Shown here piece by piece: positions 10,140 to 19,225 of a DNA stretch of 48,635 nucleotides. The first letter of the stretch is position 1, and each line of letters starts with the position of its first letter. The DNA is from Candidatus Coproplasma excrementavium (GTDB lineage Bacteria > Bacillota > Clostridia > Christensenellales > Borkfalkiaceae), in contig DVMA01000006.1 in the NCBI GenBank assembly GCA_018715195.1, forward strand, positions 1 to 48,635. The letters are read 5' to 3'. A model generated the notes under the pieces. The model did no database searches. It was not told the origin of the DNA and saw only the letters and a program-made list of their open reading frames with translations. A program made the position numbers and the translations under genes.

Positions 10140-11645
10140 TTATTCGCCTGCGTACTTTATGCCGAGAATTCTGAGCTCGGTTTCGTTGAGTCCCACGCCG
10201 CGGAGCATGAGTCTGTTGCCGCGCAGAGCTTCTATCGAGTTGATGCCCATGCCGCCCATCATTTCCTGGATTTCGTGCGTCCAGGCGTGGACGAGGTTTA
10301 CAAGACGCTCCTTGCCGACATCGGGATTGAGCCTCTTTACGAGGTCGGGACGCTGGGTAGCTATGCCCCAGTTGCACTTGCCCGCGTGGCAGCTGCGGCA
10401 GAGGTGACAGCCGAGCGCCATTACCGCCGCGGTAGCTATGTAGCAGGCGTCCGCGCCGAGCGCTATGGCCTTTACCACATCCGAGCTGGAATGTATGGAG
10501 CCGCCGACAACCACGGAAACGCTGTCGCGTATGCCCTCCTGGCGGAGACGTTCGTCCACCTGTGCGAGCGCAAGTTCGATGGGAATGCCCACGTTGTCGC
10601 GTATTCTGGTGGGAGCCGCGCCCGTGCCGCCGCGGTAGCCGTCTATGGCAATGATGTCCGCGCCGCTGCGCGCAATGCCCGAGGCTATGGCCGCAACGTT
10701 ATGCACCGCCGCAACCTTTACGATTACGGGTTTCGTATATGCGGTGGCCTCTTTGAGGCTGTAAATAAGCTGTCTTAAATCTTCTATGGAGTAGATATCG
10801 TGATGGGGTGCGGGCGAAATTGCGTCCACTCCCTTGGGAATCATACGCGTCTTGGATACGTCGTCCGAAATCTTCATTCCGGGCAGATGTCCGCCTATGC
10901 CGGGCTTTGCGCCCTGACCCATCTTAATCTCTATGGCGGCGGCAGTCTTGAGGTACTTTTCGTGCACGCCGAACCTGCCCGAAGCCACCTGAACTATGGT
11001 GTTCTTGCCGTACTTGTAGAAGTCGCTGTGCAGACCGCCTTCACCGGTGTTGTAGTAGATGCCCAGCTCCTCGGCGGCGCGGGCGAGCGCCTCGTGCGCG
11101 TTATAGGAGATGGAGCCGTAGCTCATCGCCGAGAACATTATGGGCGTGGACAGCTTGAGCTGAGGGGGCAGATTGTCTACGAGCATTCCGCGCGCGTCCC
11201 TCTTTATCTCCACGTCCTTTTTGCCGAGGTATACGCACGTCTCCATAGGCTCGCGCAGCGGGTCTATGGGAGGGTTGGTTACCTGCGAGGCGTTTACCAG
11301 TATCTTATTGAAATATATGGGGTTTTCCGTAGGGTTGCCCATGGAAGAGAGCAACACGCCGCCCGTCGCGGCCTGACGGTATACCTCGTTCATGGCTCTG
11401 TTGGGCCAGTTGTAGTTGAGCTTGTAGGTATCGTCGCTCTTGACTATCTTGAGCGCGTGCGTGGGACACATGCATACGCACCTGTGGCAGTTTACGCACT
11501 TGGTGCTGTCGGCAATCATCTTGCCCAGGTCCTTATCGTACTTGTGCACCTCGTTGGCGCACTGACGCTCGCACACCCGACAGGCTATGCACAGGTCGGG
11601 ATTGCGCACTACTTCATATTCGGCGGGAATAAATATGTCCTTCAT
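10140..11645 (-). CDS. Glutamate synthase FMN/2-oxoglutarate domain (GltB domain 2-like) with N-terminal 2x[4Fe-4S] motif
   Basis: CIACRVCERQC and CVNCHRCVCMCP at the N-terminus. YNTGEGGLH and KMGQGAKPGIGGHLPG are the conserved FMN-domain blocks. The start overlaps the upstream stop (ATGA). Confidence 0.9.
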   Translation of the reverse strand: MKDIFIPAEYEVVRNPDLCIACRVCERQCANEVHKYDKDLGKMIADSTKCVNCHRCVCMCPTHALKIVKSDDTYKLNYNWPNRAMNEVYRQAATGGVLLSSMGNPTENPIYFNKILVNASQVTNPPIDPLREPMETCVYLGKKDVEIKRDARGMLVDNLPPQLKLSTPIMFSAMSYGSISYNAHEALARAAEELGIYYNTGEGGLHSDFYKYGKNTIVQVASGRFGVHEKYLKTAAAIEIKMGQGAKPGIGGHLPGMKISDDVSKTRMIPKGVDAISPAPHHDIYSIEDLRQLIYSLKEATAYTKPVIVKVAAVHNVAAIASGIARSGADIIAIDGYRGGTGAAPTRIRDNVGIPIELALAQVDERLRQEGIRDSVSVVVGGSIHSSSDVVKAIALGADACYIATAAVMALGCHLCRSCHAGKCNWGIATQRPDLVKRLNPDVGKERLVNLVHAWTHEIQEMMGGMGINSIEALRGNRLMLRGVGLNETELRILGIKYAGE

Positions 11646-12760
11646 CTTTCCGCTCCTTCGCGCAGGGTGAATATGACGGGCTGACCGCCCGCAGGCGCGA
11701 ATATATTGTCCAGTTCAGGCTGAATCACCCTTATGCCGCACTCCTCCGAAGAGACGAATGCAAGGCTGCCCTTTTCGGCGCAGACCATCGAACGCAGTTT
11801 GAGTCTGTCATTGAGCGCCATAAGCCCGCCGCTGAAACCGAAAATTATGGAGAAAGGTCCGTTTATGAGCAGCGAGGGGAAAGCTTTGCGCAGGAAAATT
11901 TCCTGTCTGCGGTCCTCTTCGCTCTTGTCGTTGATGGTAGTCCAGAACGATGCGGATATTACCTTTGCAACCTCCTCCAAAGTGAGGTGTTTGACCCTCA
12001 GCAGAAAGTCTATTATGTAGGTTATTACTTCGGTATCGGTCTGCAGATTGCACTTGTAGCCGAACATTTCTATGTAACGGCGGTTGGCGTCGTAGGAGGA
12101 TATTTCGCCGTTATGCACGACGGAATAGCTCAGCAGTCCGAAGGGATGCGCGCCGCCCCACCAGCCGGGGGTGTTTGTGGGATAACGGCCGTGCGCCGTC
12201 CACATATAGCCCTCGTATTCCTCATCCAGCAGGTAAAATCTGCCTATATCCTCGGGATAACCTACGCCCTTGAATATGCCCATATTTTTGCCGCTGGAAA
12301 ATACGAATGCACCCTTGATGTCCGTATTGATTTTGTTTACGCACTTTACAACGTACTGTTCTTCATCGAGCAGAGAATTGGCAAGACGCTTGGAAAGAGG
12401 ATACAAAAAGTAACGGAAAATGAGCGGTTCGCCCGATATGCCGCGTACCTTTTTAGTCTTCATTTCGGAAGAATACACTACCTCGAAATGGGCAGCAAGG
12501 TAGTCTTCCGTCTCCTTGCGTGCTATGCGGTCGTCAAAAAACAGATGAAAGGCGTAGTAGTCCTTGTAGTCGGGGTAGATGCCGTAGCCTGCAAAGCCGC
12601 CGCCGAGGCCGTTTGACCTGTCGTGCATGGTGGCAATGGAGCGTATTATCTTATCGCCCGTCATGCGGACGCCGCTCCTGTCTATGATAGCGCTTACCGC
12701 GCACCCCGAAGGAATTCTTACTTCCCCTTCGCGCGGGGAGAAATTTTGTGTGTTCAACAT
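11642..12760 (-). CDS. Class II (Ntn) glutamine amidotransferase subunit (GltB domain 1-like)
   Basis: PSGCAVSAI (candidate N-terminal nucleophile Cys behind a short propeptide), DRSNGLGGGFAGYG and VVHNGEISSY. Start placed at ATG 12758-12760. The track start at 12784 is a TTG. Confidence 0.85.
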   Translation of the reverse strand: MLNTQNFSPREGEVRIPSGCAVSAIIDRSGVRMTGDKIIRSIATMHDRSNGLGGGFAGYGIYPDYKDYYAFHLFFDDRIARKETEDYLAAHFEVVYSSEMKTKKVRGISGEPLIFRYFLYPLSKRLANSLLDEEQYVVKCVNKINTDIKGAFVFSSGKNMGIFKGVGYPEDIGRFYLLDEEYEGYMWTAHGRYPTNTPGWWGGAHPFGLLSYSVVHNGEISSYDANRRYIEMFGYKCNLQTDTEVITYIIDFLLRVKHLTLEEVAKVISASFWTTINDKSEEDRRQEIFLRKAFPSLLINGPFSIIFGFSGGLMALNDRLKLRSMVCAEKGSLAFVSSEECGIRVIQPELDNIFAPAGGQPVIFTLREGAER

Positions 12761-12841
12761 AAGCCGCCCCGTAGCCGCGGACAAAATTTGCTCGCGGCCA
12801 GATAGTATTACCGCAAAAAAAATAAATTACAGTTCTATGCT

Positions 12842-12870
12842 ATTATATAAAAAACGGTCAAGCAAGTCAA
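12842..12870 (-). promoter_or_regulatory. SigA-type promoter TTGACT-17-TATAAT of the glutamate synthase operon
   Basis: Minus strand has TTGACT (12865-12870), a 17-nt spacer and TATAAT (12842-12847). It lies about 80 nt upstream of the amidotransferase start. Confidence 0.6.
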
Positions 12871-12983
12871 GCGGATATATTTGGCAATGCAAATTTATGC
12901 ACACATGCACGTTTGATTGTTTTAATACGCAATATAACTTGTCCTTATAAAAAAGCCGCTGGGCCCGCAAAAAGCGGTCTTAA

Positions 12984-13034
12984 GAAAAAAATTCTGCGGT
13001 CTGCGCACGGAAAATTGCGCGCGCAGACCGCAGA
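12984..13034 (-). terminator. Intrinsic terminator of the ClC gene
   Basis: 14-bp perfect stem TCTGCGGTCTGCGC / GCGCAGACCGCAGA (12993-13006 and 13021-13034). On the minus strand it is followed by ATTTTTTT. Confidence 0.8.
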
Positions 13035-13074
13035 TTGAGCCGTATATATATCTGAAATACCGTATTTTTACACA

Positions 13075-14682
13075 TTACTTTTCGGGAGCAAGGACAATAT
13101 CCTTGAGATAGTCCTTTACGTCCTCTTCAGAGGCGGCCACACATTCAAAAGTAATCTTATCGCCCGCGGAGAGCACCGTCTTGCCGTCGGGAACGAAACA
13201 CTCGCCGCAGGGCGGGCAGACTTCGGTGACCATTCCCTGCGCGGGCCACAGTACGGAACGTATGCTTCTGCCCTCGGCGTAGGAGTCCTCCTCCACCACA
13301 ATCTCCACGCGGCGCTTTTCCGCACCAACTACTATTTTGCCGTCCTCCACAATGAGGTCGAGGCACTTTTCAAACGCGGGCTGCGTGCGGAACACCTCGC
13401 CAACGATATAGCCTATGGCCACACCGAGAAGAGCGGGCAACAGATTCTGGAACTGCCCCGTGAATTCTACCGTCATTACGAGCGCCGTGACGGGGGCGCG
13501 CACGACCGTTGTGAAGTACGCCGCCATCGTGACAATTATTATATAGTCGGCCAGGGCAGAATTCATTCCCATACCCTCGAACCCCTTGCAGAGCAGCGCG
13601 CCCAGACCAGCGCCCGTTGCGAGCACGGGCACGAATATGCCGTAAGGCATTCCGCATCCGACCGCGAGTATGGTGGAAATAAAGCGGAACAGCACGACTA
13701 TTGCAAGCGTCGCCGCAACCGAAATGCCGAATATCCGTTCAAACTCTCCGTCCCAGCCCGAGCCGAGCGACTGAATGAAATCGTGACCGCCGCCCATGGC
13801 ATATGCGGAGATAAGTCCGAACGCACCCGCCACGAAGAAGGGAATTACGTACTTGCCCACTCCCTTTAAAAAGGTAATCTTTGAGAAACCTCTGCGGCAG
13901 AGCAGCATGAGGTGATAGAACGCCACGCCCAGAAGTCCCGCCGCGAGCGCGGCTATCGCCACATAGAGGTAGCCTATCGGCTCCATCGGAACATAGTTGA
14001 AAGTCGTGAAGGTAAAGCCGACGGAAAAGCCCATTGCCGAGCGCATGAGGTTGCGCACGGTGAGGGACACCAGCACGCTGACCGCCGAGCAGGTGAATAC
14101 CTGAGCAGAGAAGGAACGGAAGGCCTCCTCCATTGCAAAGGCAAGTCCCGTGAAGGGAGCGTTGAAGGCTACGGCAAGACCTGAAGATGCGCCCGCCGCT
14201 ATCTGCAGTCTGCGCACCATCAGCGAACGGCGAAGAGTTGCGCCCACGCCCTGACCTGCGCTTGCGCCTATTTCCAGCGAGGGTCCTTCACTGCCCGCGG
14301 GAAGTCCCATGAACACGCACGCCAGCGAGGCGGCAAACATAGAGCACATTACCACGTACCATCTGAAGTGAAGTATGCCGCGCGCCGCGCCCTCCGTCTG
14401 TGGTACGCCGCTGCCGCGTATCATCGGCACAAGTCGGGTGGCCGTGCCTATCACGAACGCACCTGCCGCAAGTCCCACAAACAGCAGCGGAACAAAGGCG
14501 GGATTTGCCGCAATCAGACTGTAAAGTTCAACCGACTTCTCCTCCGCTATGCCCGTGAGTATGTTGTACAGCGTGACCACCGCTCCCGCAAAAAGACCCG
14601 TAAGTATGCTGAGAGCAATGAGGTTTACGCCGTATTCGCGCAGGGCACGCAGACGGCTTCCGCTCTTTTTTTTCTGGCTCAT
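13075..14682 (-). CDS. ClC-family chloride channel/antiporter with C-terminal TrkA-C (RCK_C) domain
   Basis: ClC selectivity motifs GSGVPQ, GSEGPSLEIGA and GIFVPVLATGAGLG. The ~90-aa soluble C-terminus (VEIVVEEDSYAEGRSIRSV...DKITFE) is typical of TrkA-C. Confidence 0.9.
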   Translation of the reverse strand: MSQKKKSGSRLRALREYGVNLIALSILTGLFAGAVVTLYNILTGIAEEKSVELYSLIAANPAFVPLLFVGLAAGAFVIGTATRLVPMIRGSGVPQTEGAARGILHFRWYVVMCSMFAASLACVFMGLPAGSEGPSLEIGASAGQGVGATLRRSLMVRRLQIAAGASSGLAVAFNAPFTGLAFAMEEAFRSFSAQVFTCSAVSVLVSLTVRNLMRSAMGFSVGFTFTTFNYVPMEPIGYLYVAIAALAAGLLGVAFYHLMLLCRRGFSKITFLKGVGKYVIPFFVAGAFGLISAYAMGGGHDFIQSLGSGWDGEFERIFGISVAATLAIVVLFRFISTILAVGCGMPYGIFVPVLATGAGLGALLCKGFEGMGMNSALADYIIIVTMAAYFTTVVRAPVTALVMTVEFTGQFQNLLPALLGVAIGYIVGEVFRTQPAFEKCLDLIVEDGKIVVGAEKRRVEIVVEEDSYAEGRSIRSVLWPAQGMVTEVCPPCGECFVPDGKTVLSAGDKITFECVAASEEDVKDYLKDIVLAPEK

Positions 14683-14742
14683 ATCTTCCCCTTTATTTTC
14701 CGCGCAAAGGCGCGCACCGTTTTACAAAAATTTCCACAAAGC

Positions 14743-14771
14743 ATTATACACCAGACAGAGCGGTTTGTCAA
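14743..14771 (-). promoter_or_regulatory. Consensus SigA promoter TTGACA-17-TATAAT of the ClC gene
   Basis: Minus strand has TTGACA (14766-14771), exactly 17 nt, then TATAAT (14743-14748). This leaves a ~55-nt leader. Confidence 0.65.
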
Positions 14772-14810
14772 AAAAATTTATTCTGCGGGACAAGGCATTG
14801 TCCCTCCGCG

Positions 14811-14992
14811 CCGATTGCCGCATTTGCACGATTGGCGCAACCTTACTATTGCCCAAACAACTTATTTTCACAACCCACCGTCTGGCGCAAACGTCCTATT
14901 TGCGCAAACGACCGACTGATTAAACACTATAATTTCCGCCCCGTCTTACGCAAACGGCCGACTGATACAACTCTCCGATTGCCGCTCCGTCT
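14811..14992. repeat. Cluster of short degenerate direct repeats in gene-free DNA
   Basis: An 18-mer CGCAAACG(A/G)CCGACTGAT occurs at 14903 and 14949 (17/18 identical, 46 bp apart), with a third CGCAAACG at 14886. CCGTCT occurs at 14878, 14941 and 14987. The 11-mer CCGATTGCCGC occurs at 14811 and 14975. Confidence 0.5.
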
Positions 14993-15013
14993 GGCTCACC
15001 CCTTCGGTTGGTG

Positions 15014-15056
15014 CAAAAAAAGAAAAGCCCCGCGCACAGAGTGCGCGGAGTTTTTC
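15014..15056 (-). terminator. Intrinsic terminator of the amt-PII gene
   Basis: 8-bp GC stem CCGCGCAC / GTGCGCGG (15030-15037 and 15041-15048) with a 3-nt loop. On the minus strand it is followed by CTTTTCTTTTTTTGC. Confidence 0.8.
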
Positions 15057-15092
15057 TGTATCTATGAGAGAGCGGGGTGAACAAATTGAAAA

Positions 15093-16943
15093 TTATTCAG
15101 CCTTTACAGGTTCGGGTTCGTTGGTGAGTGCGCTGACACCGGTTTCACCCGTACGTACACGCATTACGTTTTCGATACCCGTTACGAAGATCTTGCCTGC
15201 GCCGTACTTGCCGTCATCAAGCACACGCTGTGCAACGGCTACGACGAGCTTGGGATCTACCGTACTTACTACTATATCCACCTGAATCTTGGGATTGAAG
15301 TGCATAGTAGTCTTTACGCCCCTGTACTGGCCGGTCTTGCCTGCCTGAGTGCCGCAGCCCATTACGTTGGTGACGGTCATGCCGGTTACGCCGATCTGAG
15401 CCATGGCATCCTTTAAGGTGAGGAACTTTTCCTGAGCGGTTATAATGGTAACCTTTGTATACTTTGCTTCGTTTACGGGAGCGAGGTCGATATCTGCGGG
15501 CTTGATGCCGGAGACGTCGAAGCCTTCGCCTTCGCCGTCGTAAGAAGGAATCGAAGGAAGGAAGTCAGCATATGCAGAGGGAAGTCCGTGCTCGCTGATG
15601 TCGAGACCGTTGACTTCTTCTTCAGCCGAGCAGCGCAGACCGTTCCAGGTCTTGCCTGCGCGGATTGCTTCTGCAAGACCGCACTTGTTCTTTATCATTA
15701 CGGGCAGGTACTTGATTGCGCCGAAGAGCACAACCATCCAGATACCGGTCCAAACGAGTATGCTTACGATGCCGAGAACCTGAACGCCGAGCTGTGCAAA
15801 GCTGCCGGTATAGAAGAGGCCGGTTTCGGTGGAGAACAGACCGCAGGCAAGTGTGCCCCAGATGCCGTTTGCGAAGTGTACGCCGATTGCGCCGACGGGG
15901 TCATCGAGATGAAGCTTCTTGTCGAGCAGGTCGCATACGAGAACAACAAGTATGCCGGAAACGATACCGATTACGGTAGCGCCGATTGCGTCAACGATGT
16001 AGCAGCCTGCGGTTACGCCTACAAGACCTGCAAGGGATGCGTTGAGGCACATGCCGACATCGGGCTTCTTATTCTTTATCCAGGTGAATATCATGCACAC
16101 AACCGTTGCAACGGAGGGTGCTATAGTAGTCGTGAGGAAGATGTGAGCGAGCTGGCTTTCGCTTGTTGCAGCTGCGCCGTTGAAACCGTACCAGCCGAAC
16201 CAGAGGATGAATACGCCGAGCGCGCCGAGCGTGAGCGAGTGGCCCTGAATTGCATTTACTTTTACTACCTTGCCGTTTTCGTCGCGGTCATACTTGCCGA
16301 TGCGCGCGCCGAGGAAGATAACGCCGATAAGCGCTGCAAGGCCGCCTACCGTATGTATGCAGGCAGAACCTGCAAAGTCGATGAAGTTAACGGCTACGCC
16401 GTCTACCGTAAGACCGGTGAGAGCGGAGAAGTTTGCAAGCCAGCCGTTGCCCCATACCCAGCCTGCCTCTACGGGATAAACCACGAGAGAGATGACTGCA
16501 GAATAGATGCAGTAAGAGATGAAACGGGTACGTTCTGCCATTGCGCCGGAAACTATGGTTGCGGCAGTTGCGCAGAACACAAGGTTGAATACGAAGTTTG
16601 ATGCCTTTTCAGCAACGAAAGTTTCGAAATCCGAGAAAAGTCCGAGGTTAGGAATGCCGATGAAGTATCCTGCGGCCTCCTGACCTACGAGCAGGGTGTA
16701 GCCGAGGAGCATAAACACGATGGTACCTATGCAGAAGTCCATAAGGTTCTTCATGATTATGTTGCCGGCATTCTTGGCCCTGGTAAAGCCCGTTTCTACC
16801 ATTGCGAAGCCGCACTGCATAAAGAATACAAGCGCTGCGCCAATGAGGAACCATATGGCAAACGCGGCTTCAGTTGACAGAGAAGTGATCATGTCTTCGG
16901 TCAGATTCTCCAACATAAAATGTCCTCCTGAAATTTTAGTCAT
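15093..16943 (-). CDS. amt: Ammonium transporter (Amt/MEP) fused to a C-terminal PII (GlnB/GlnK) signal-transduction domain
   Basis: Amt blocks FAMVETGF, DFAGSACIHTVGG, LWFGWYGFNG, DDPVGAIGVHFANGIWG and LRCSAEEEVNGLDISEHG. A ~40-aa linker is followed by a complete PII fold (see the next feature). Two in-frame ATGs (16943 and 16916) each have a strong SD (GGAGGA-8-ATG and AGGAGGA-6-ATG). Confidence 0.9.
   Translation of the reverse strand: MTKISGGHFMLENLTEDMITSLSTEAAFAIWFLIGAALVFFMQCGFAMVETGFTRAKNAGNIIMKNLMDFCIGTIVFMLLGYTLLVGQEAAGYFIGIPNLGLFSDFETFVAEKASNFVFNLVFCATAATIVSGAMAERTRFISYCIYSAVISLVVYPVEAGWVWGNGWLANFSALTGLTVDGVAVNFIDFAGSACIHTVGGLAALIGVIFLGARIGKYDRDENGKVVKVNAIQGHSLTLGALGVFILWFGWYGFNGAAATSESQLAHIFLTTTIAPSVATVVCMIFTWIKNKKPDVGMCLNASLAGLVGVTAGCYIVDAIGATVIGIVSGILVVLVCDLLDKKLHLDDPVGAIGVHFANGIWGTLACGLFSTETGLFYTGSFAQLGVQVLGIVSILVWTGIWMVVLFGAIKYLPVMIKNKCGLAEAIRAGKTWNGLRCSAEEEVNGLDISEHGLPSAYADFLPSIPSYDGEGEGFDVSGIKPADIDLAPVNEAKYTKVTIITAQEKFLTLKDAMAQIGVTGMTVTNVMGCGTQAGKTGQYRGVKTTMHFNPKIQVDIVVSTVDPKLVVAVAQRVLDDGKYGAGKIFVTGIENVMRVRTGETGVSALTNEPEPVKAE
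15126..15464 (-). other. PII domain portion of the amt fusion (about residues 494-606)
   Basis: The segment reads KVTIITAQEKFLTLKDAMAQIGVTGMTVTNVMGCGTQAGKTGQYRGVKTTMHFNPKIQVDIVV...GAGKIFVTGIENVMRVRTGE. It aligns position-by-position with E. coli GlnK as I recall it (T-loop YRG, K58, GxGKIF, RxRTGE). Confidence 0.85.
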
Positions 16944-17087
16944 TATCTGTATCCTCCGCGGTGGTCTGGGCCGTCAGAGGAAATTAAATAAAGATATATT
17001 TCAGAATAATTTTACGTTCGCGTAAAAAACAACTCTCTCTCATAGTGCCGCCTTACGCGGCATAAACACATTATGTCTGAACGATAA

Positions 17088-17116
17088 GGCCGCCCCGCGC
17101 CCTACGCGGGGCGGCC
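17088..17116 (-). terminator. GC-rich hairpin downstream of the glutamine synthetase gene (probable terminator)
   Basis: Perfect 12-bp stem GGCCGCCCCGCG / CGCGGGGCGGCC with a 5-nt loop, 28 nt after the stop. The T-tract is good on the plus side but only TTATCGTT on the minus side, hence moderate confidence. Confidence 0.55.
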
Positions 17117-17143
17117 CTTCTTATTCTGTTTTTATTTTGTGTA

Positions 17144-19225
17144 TTACTTTACGCTGTAAAGCAGATCGGTGTAGGAAGGATAAGGCCAGTAATCCTGGGC
17201 GGTAAGCGTTTCCATTTCGTCGCCGATTTTGCGTACGGCCTGCATCTGGGGAAGAATTTCGTGCGCCATAGCCTTGGACGCGGGACGTACATCTTCCTTG
17301 TCGATGCCTGCAAGCATATTTTCAAGCAGAGCAACCTGCTTTGCGAACTCATCGTTGAGCGCGGAAAGACGGGTTATAAGGCTCTTTTCTGCCTCGCAGG
17401 GGATATTTTCGGATATCGCCTTCTTTGCGGCCACGTTGGAGCAGAGCTCTGCAATGTAGTCGGATACGGCGGGCATTATGTCCTGCTTTGCCATCTTGAG
17501 CATGGTTACGGCCTCTATGTTGATTATCTTCACATAATTTTCAAGGCGAACCATTGCGCGGGCAAGCGCCTCCTGCTCGGTGTAGACGCCCTGGCTTACG
17601 AATACGTCTATATTCTTCTCTTCGAAGAACACTTCGGTAGCATCTGCGGTGTCCTTGTTGTTGAGCAGGCCCCTCTTCTCTGCTTCGGGTTCCCACGCGG
17701 GACCGTAGCCGTCGAGGTTGAAGATTATTCTCTTGTGAGCCTTTATCGTCCTGGTTACCAGCTCGCGGGCGGCTTTTTCGAGGTCCTTTTTGCCTTCGAG
17801 TTCGTCAGCAAACTTGGAGAAGGTCTTTGCGATTATGGTATTGAGAACTATATTTGCATCGGCAACGTTTGACTGCGAGCCGAGCATACGGAATTCGAAT
17901 TTGTTGCCCGTGAATGCGAAGGGAGAAGTTCTGTTTCTGTCCGACGCGTCCTTGGGGAAGATGGGCGATTCGGGTACGCCGATGGAGCCTTCCTGTGCGC
18001 GGAAAGGAACATAGTCCCTGCCGTTTGCAATGCTGTCCACAAGTTCGCCCAGCTGGTCGCCGAGGTATATGGATATGATTGCGGGAGGAGCTTCGTTGGC
18101 GCCGAGACGGTGGTCGTTGCCCGCAGAGGCAACGGCGCCCCTTAAAATGCCCTGATATTCATCCACGGCATCGATAACCGCCGCAAGAACTACCATGAAC
18201 AGAGTGTTCTTTTCGGGGTTGGGGCCGGGGTCGAGCAGGTTGAGACCCGTATCGGTGGACATGGACCAGTTGTTGTGCTTGCCGGAGCCGTTAATTCCGT
18301 CGAAGGGCTTTTCGTGCAGCAGGCAGATAAGTCCGTGCTTCTGAGCCACCTTTTTCATGAGCTCCATGGTGAGCATATTTTCATCGATGGCGACGTTAGT
18401 TGTGGCATATACGGGGGCCATTTCGTGCTGCGCGGGCGCAACTTCGTTGTGGCGGGTCTTGGAAGGAATGCCGAAAGACCACAGCGTTTCGTCGAGGTCG
18501 GCCATAAAGTCTGCAATGGTGGGCTTTATGGTGCCGAAGTAATGATCCTCAAGCTCCTGGCCGCGGAGAACGGGTGCGCCGAACAGCGTTCTGCCCGTCA
18601 TGCGAAGGTCTATGCGCTTGAAGTACTCCTCTTCGGAGATAAGGAAATATTCCTGTTCGGGGCCGACGGTCGTGGTGACCTTTTTGCATTCAACGCCGAA
18701 GAGCTTTAAAATTCTCTTGGCCTGCATGTCGAGCGCCTTCATTGATTTTAAAACGGGCGACTTTTTATCGAGCGTCTCGCCCGTGTAAGATACGAATATA
18801 GAGGGGATGTAGAGCGTGGTGCCCTTTACGAATGCGGGGGAAGTGGGGTCCCACGCCGTATAGCCGCGCGCCATATAAGTTGCTCTTGAACCGCCCGAGG
18901 GGAAGCTGGACGCATCGGGTTCGCCGACGATGAGGCTCTTGCCCGTCAGACGCATTATGACTTTGTCGCCTTCGGGTTCGATAAAGCTATCGTGCTTTTC
19001 GGCGGTGAGACCGGTGAGCGGCTGGAACCAGTGAGTATAGTGGGTTGCGCCCTTGGAAACTGCCCAGTCCTTCATTGCGGCGGCAACTGCGCCTGCTATG
19101 GATACATCGAGCTGAGTGCCCGCTTCGATTGTAGCACGGAGCGACTTATACACTTCTTTGGGGAGCCTCTCCTTCTGCACGGCGTCATTGAATACGTTTT
19201 CGCCGAACTTTTCGGGAAGATTCAT
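17144..19225 (-). CDS. glnN: Glutamine synthetase, type III
   Basis: 693 aa, the size class of GSIII. The N-terminus [29 protein letters not shown] and the block [16 protein letters not shown] are characteristic of the Bacteroides/Clostridia GSIII family. SD is AGGAGA. Confidence 0.92.
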   Translation of the reverse strand: MNLPEKFGENVFNDAVQKERLPKEVYKSLRATIEAGTQLDVSIAGAVAAAMKDWAVSKGATHYTHWFQPLTGLTAEKHDSFIEPEGDKVIMRLTGKSLIVGEPDASSFPSGGSRATYMARGYTAWDPTSPAFVKGTTLYIPSIFVSYTGETLDKKSPVLKSMKALDMQAKRILKLFGVECKKVTTTVGPEQEYFLISEEEYFKRIDLRMTGRTLFGAPVLRGQELEDHYFGTIKPTIADFMADLDETLWSFGIPSKTRHNEVAPAQHEMAPVYATTNVAIDENMLTMELMKKVAQKHGLICLLHEKPFDGINGSGKHNNWSMSTDTGLNLLDPGPNPEKNTLFMVVLAAVIDAVDEYQGILRGAVASAGNDHRLGANEAPPAIISIYLGDQLGELVDSIANGRDYVPFRAQEGSIGVPESPIFPKDASDRNRTSPFAFTGNKFEFRMLGSQSNVADANIVLNTIIAKTFSKFADELEGKKDLEKAARELVTRTIKAHKRIIFNLDGYGPAWEPEAEKRGLLNNKDTADATEVFFEEKNIDVFVSQGVYTEQEALARAMVRLENYVKIINIEAVTMLKMAKQDIMPAVSDYIAELCSNVAAKKAISENIPCEAEKSLITRLSALNDEFAKQVALLENMLAGIDKEDVRPASKAMAHEILPQMQAVRKIGDEMETLTAQDYWPYPSYTDLLYSVK

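Noticed and set aside
14683-14742. Fluoride riboswitch (crcB motif) in front of the ClC gene
   Set aside because: The leader behind the TTGACA-17-TATAAT promoter is only about 55 nt. It contains none of the conserved crcB-motif segments that I recall. The C-terminal TrkA-C domain also argues for a conventional ClC.
16996-17010. CodY-box-like 15-mer ATTATTCTGAAATAT upstream of amt-PII (and AATTTTCAG in the glnN leader)
   Set aside because: It matches 11/15 to AATTTTCWGAAAATT in very AT-rich DNA, which is within chance expectation. There is no second supporting site, and I could not define the amt promoter.
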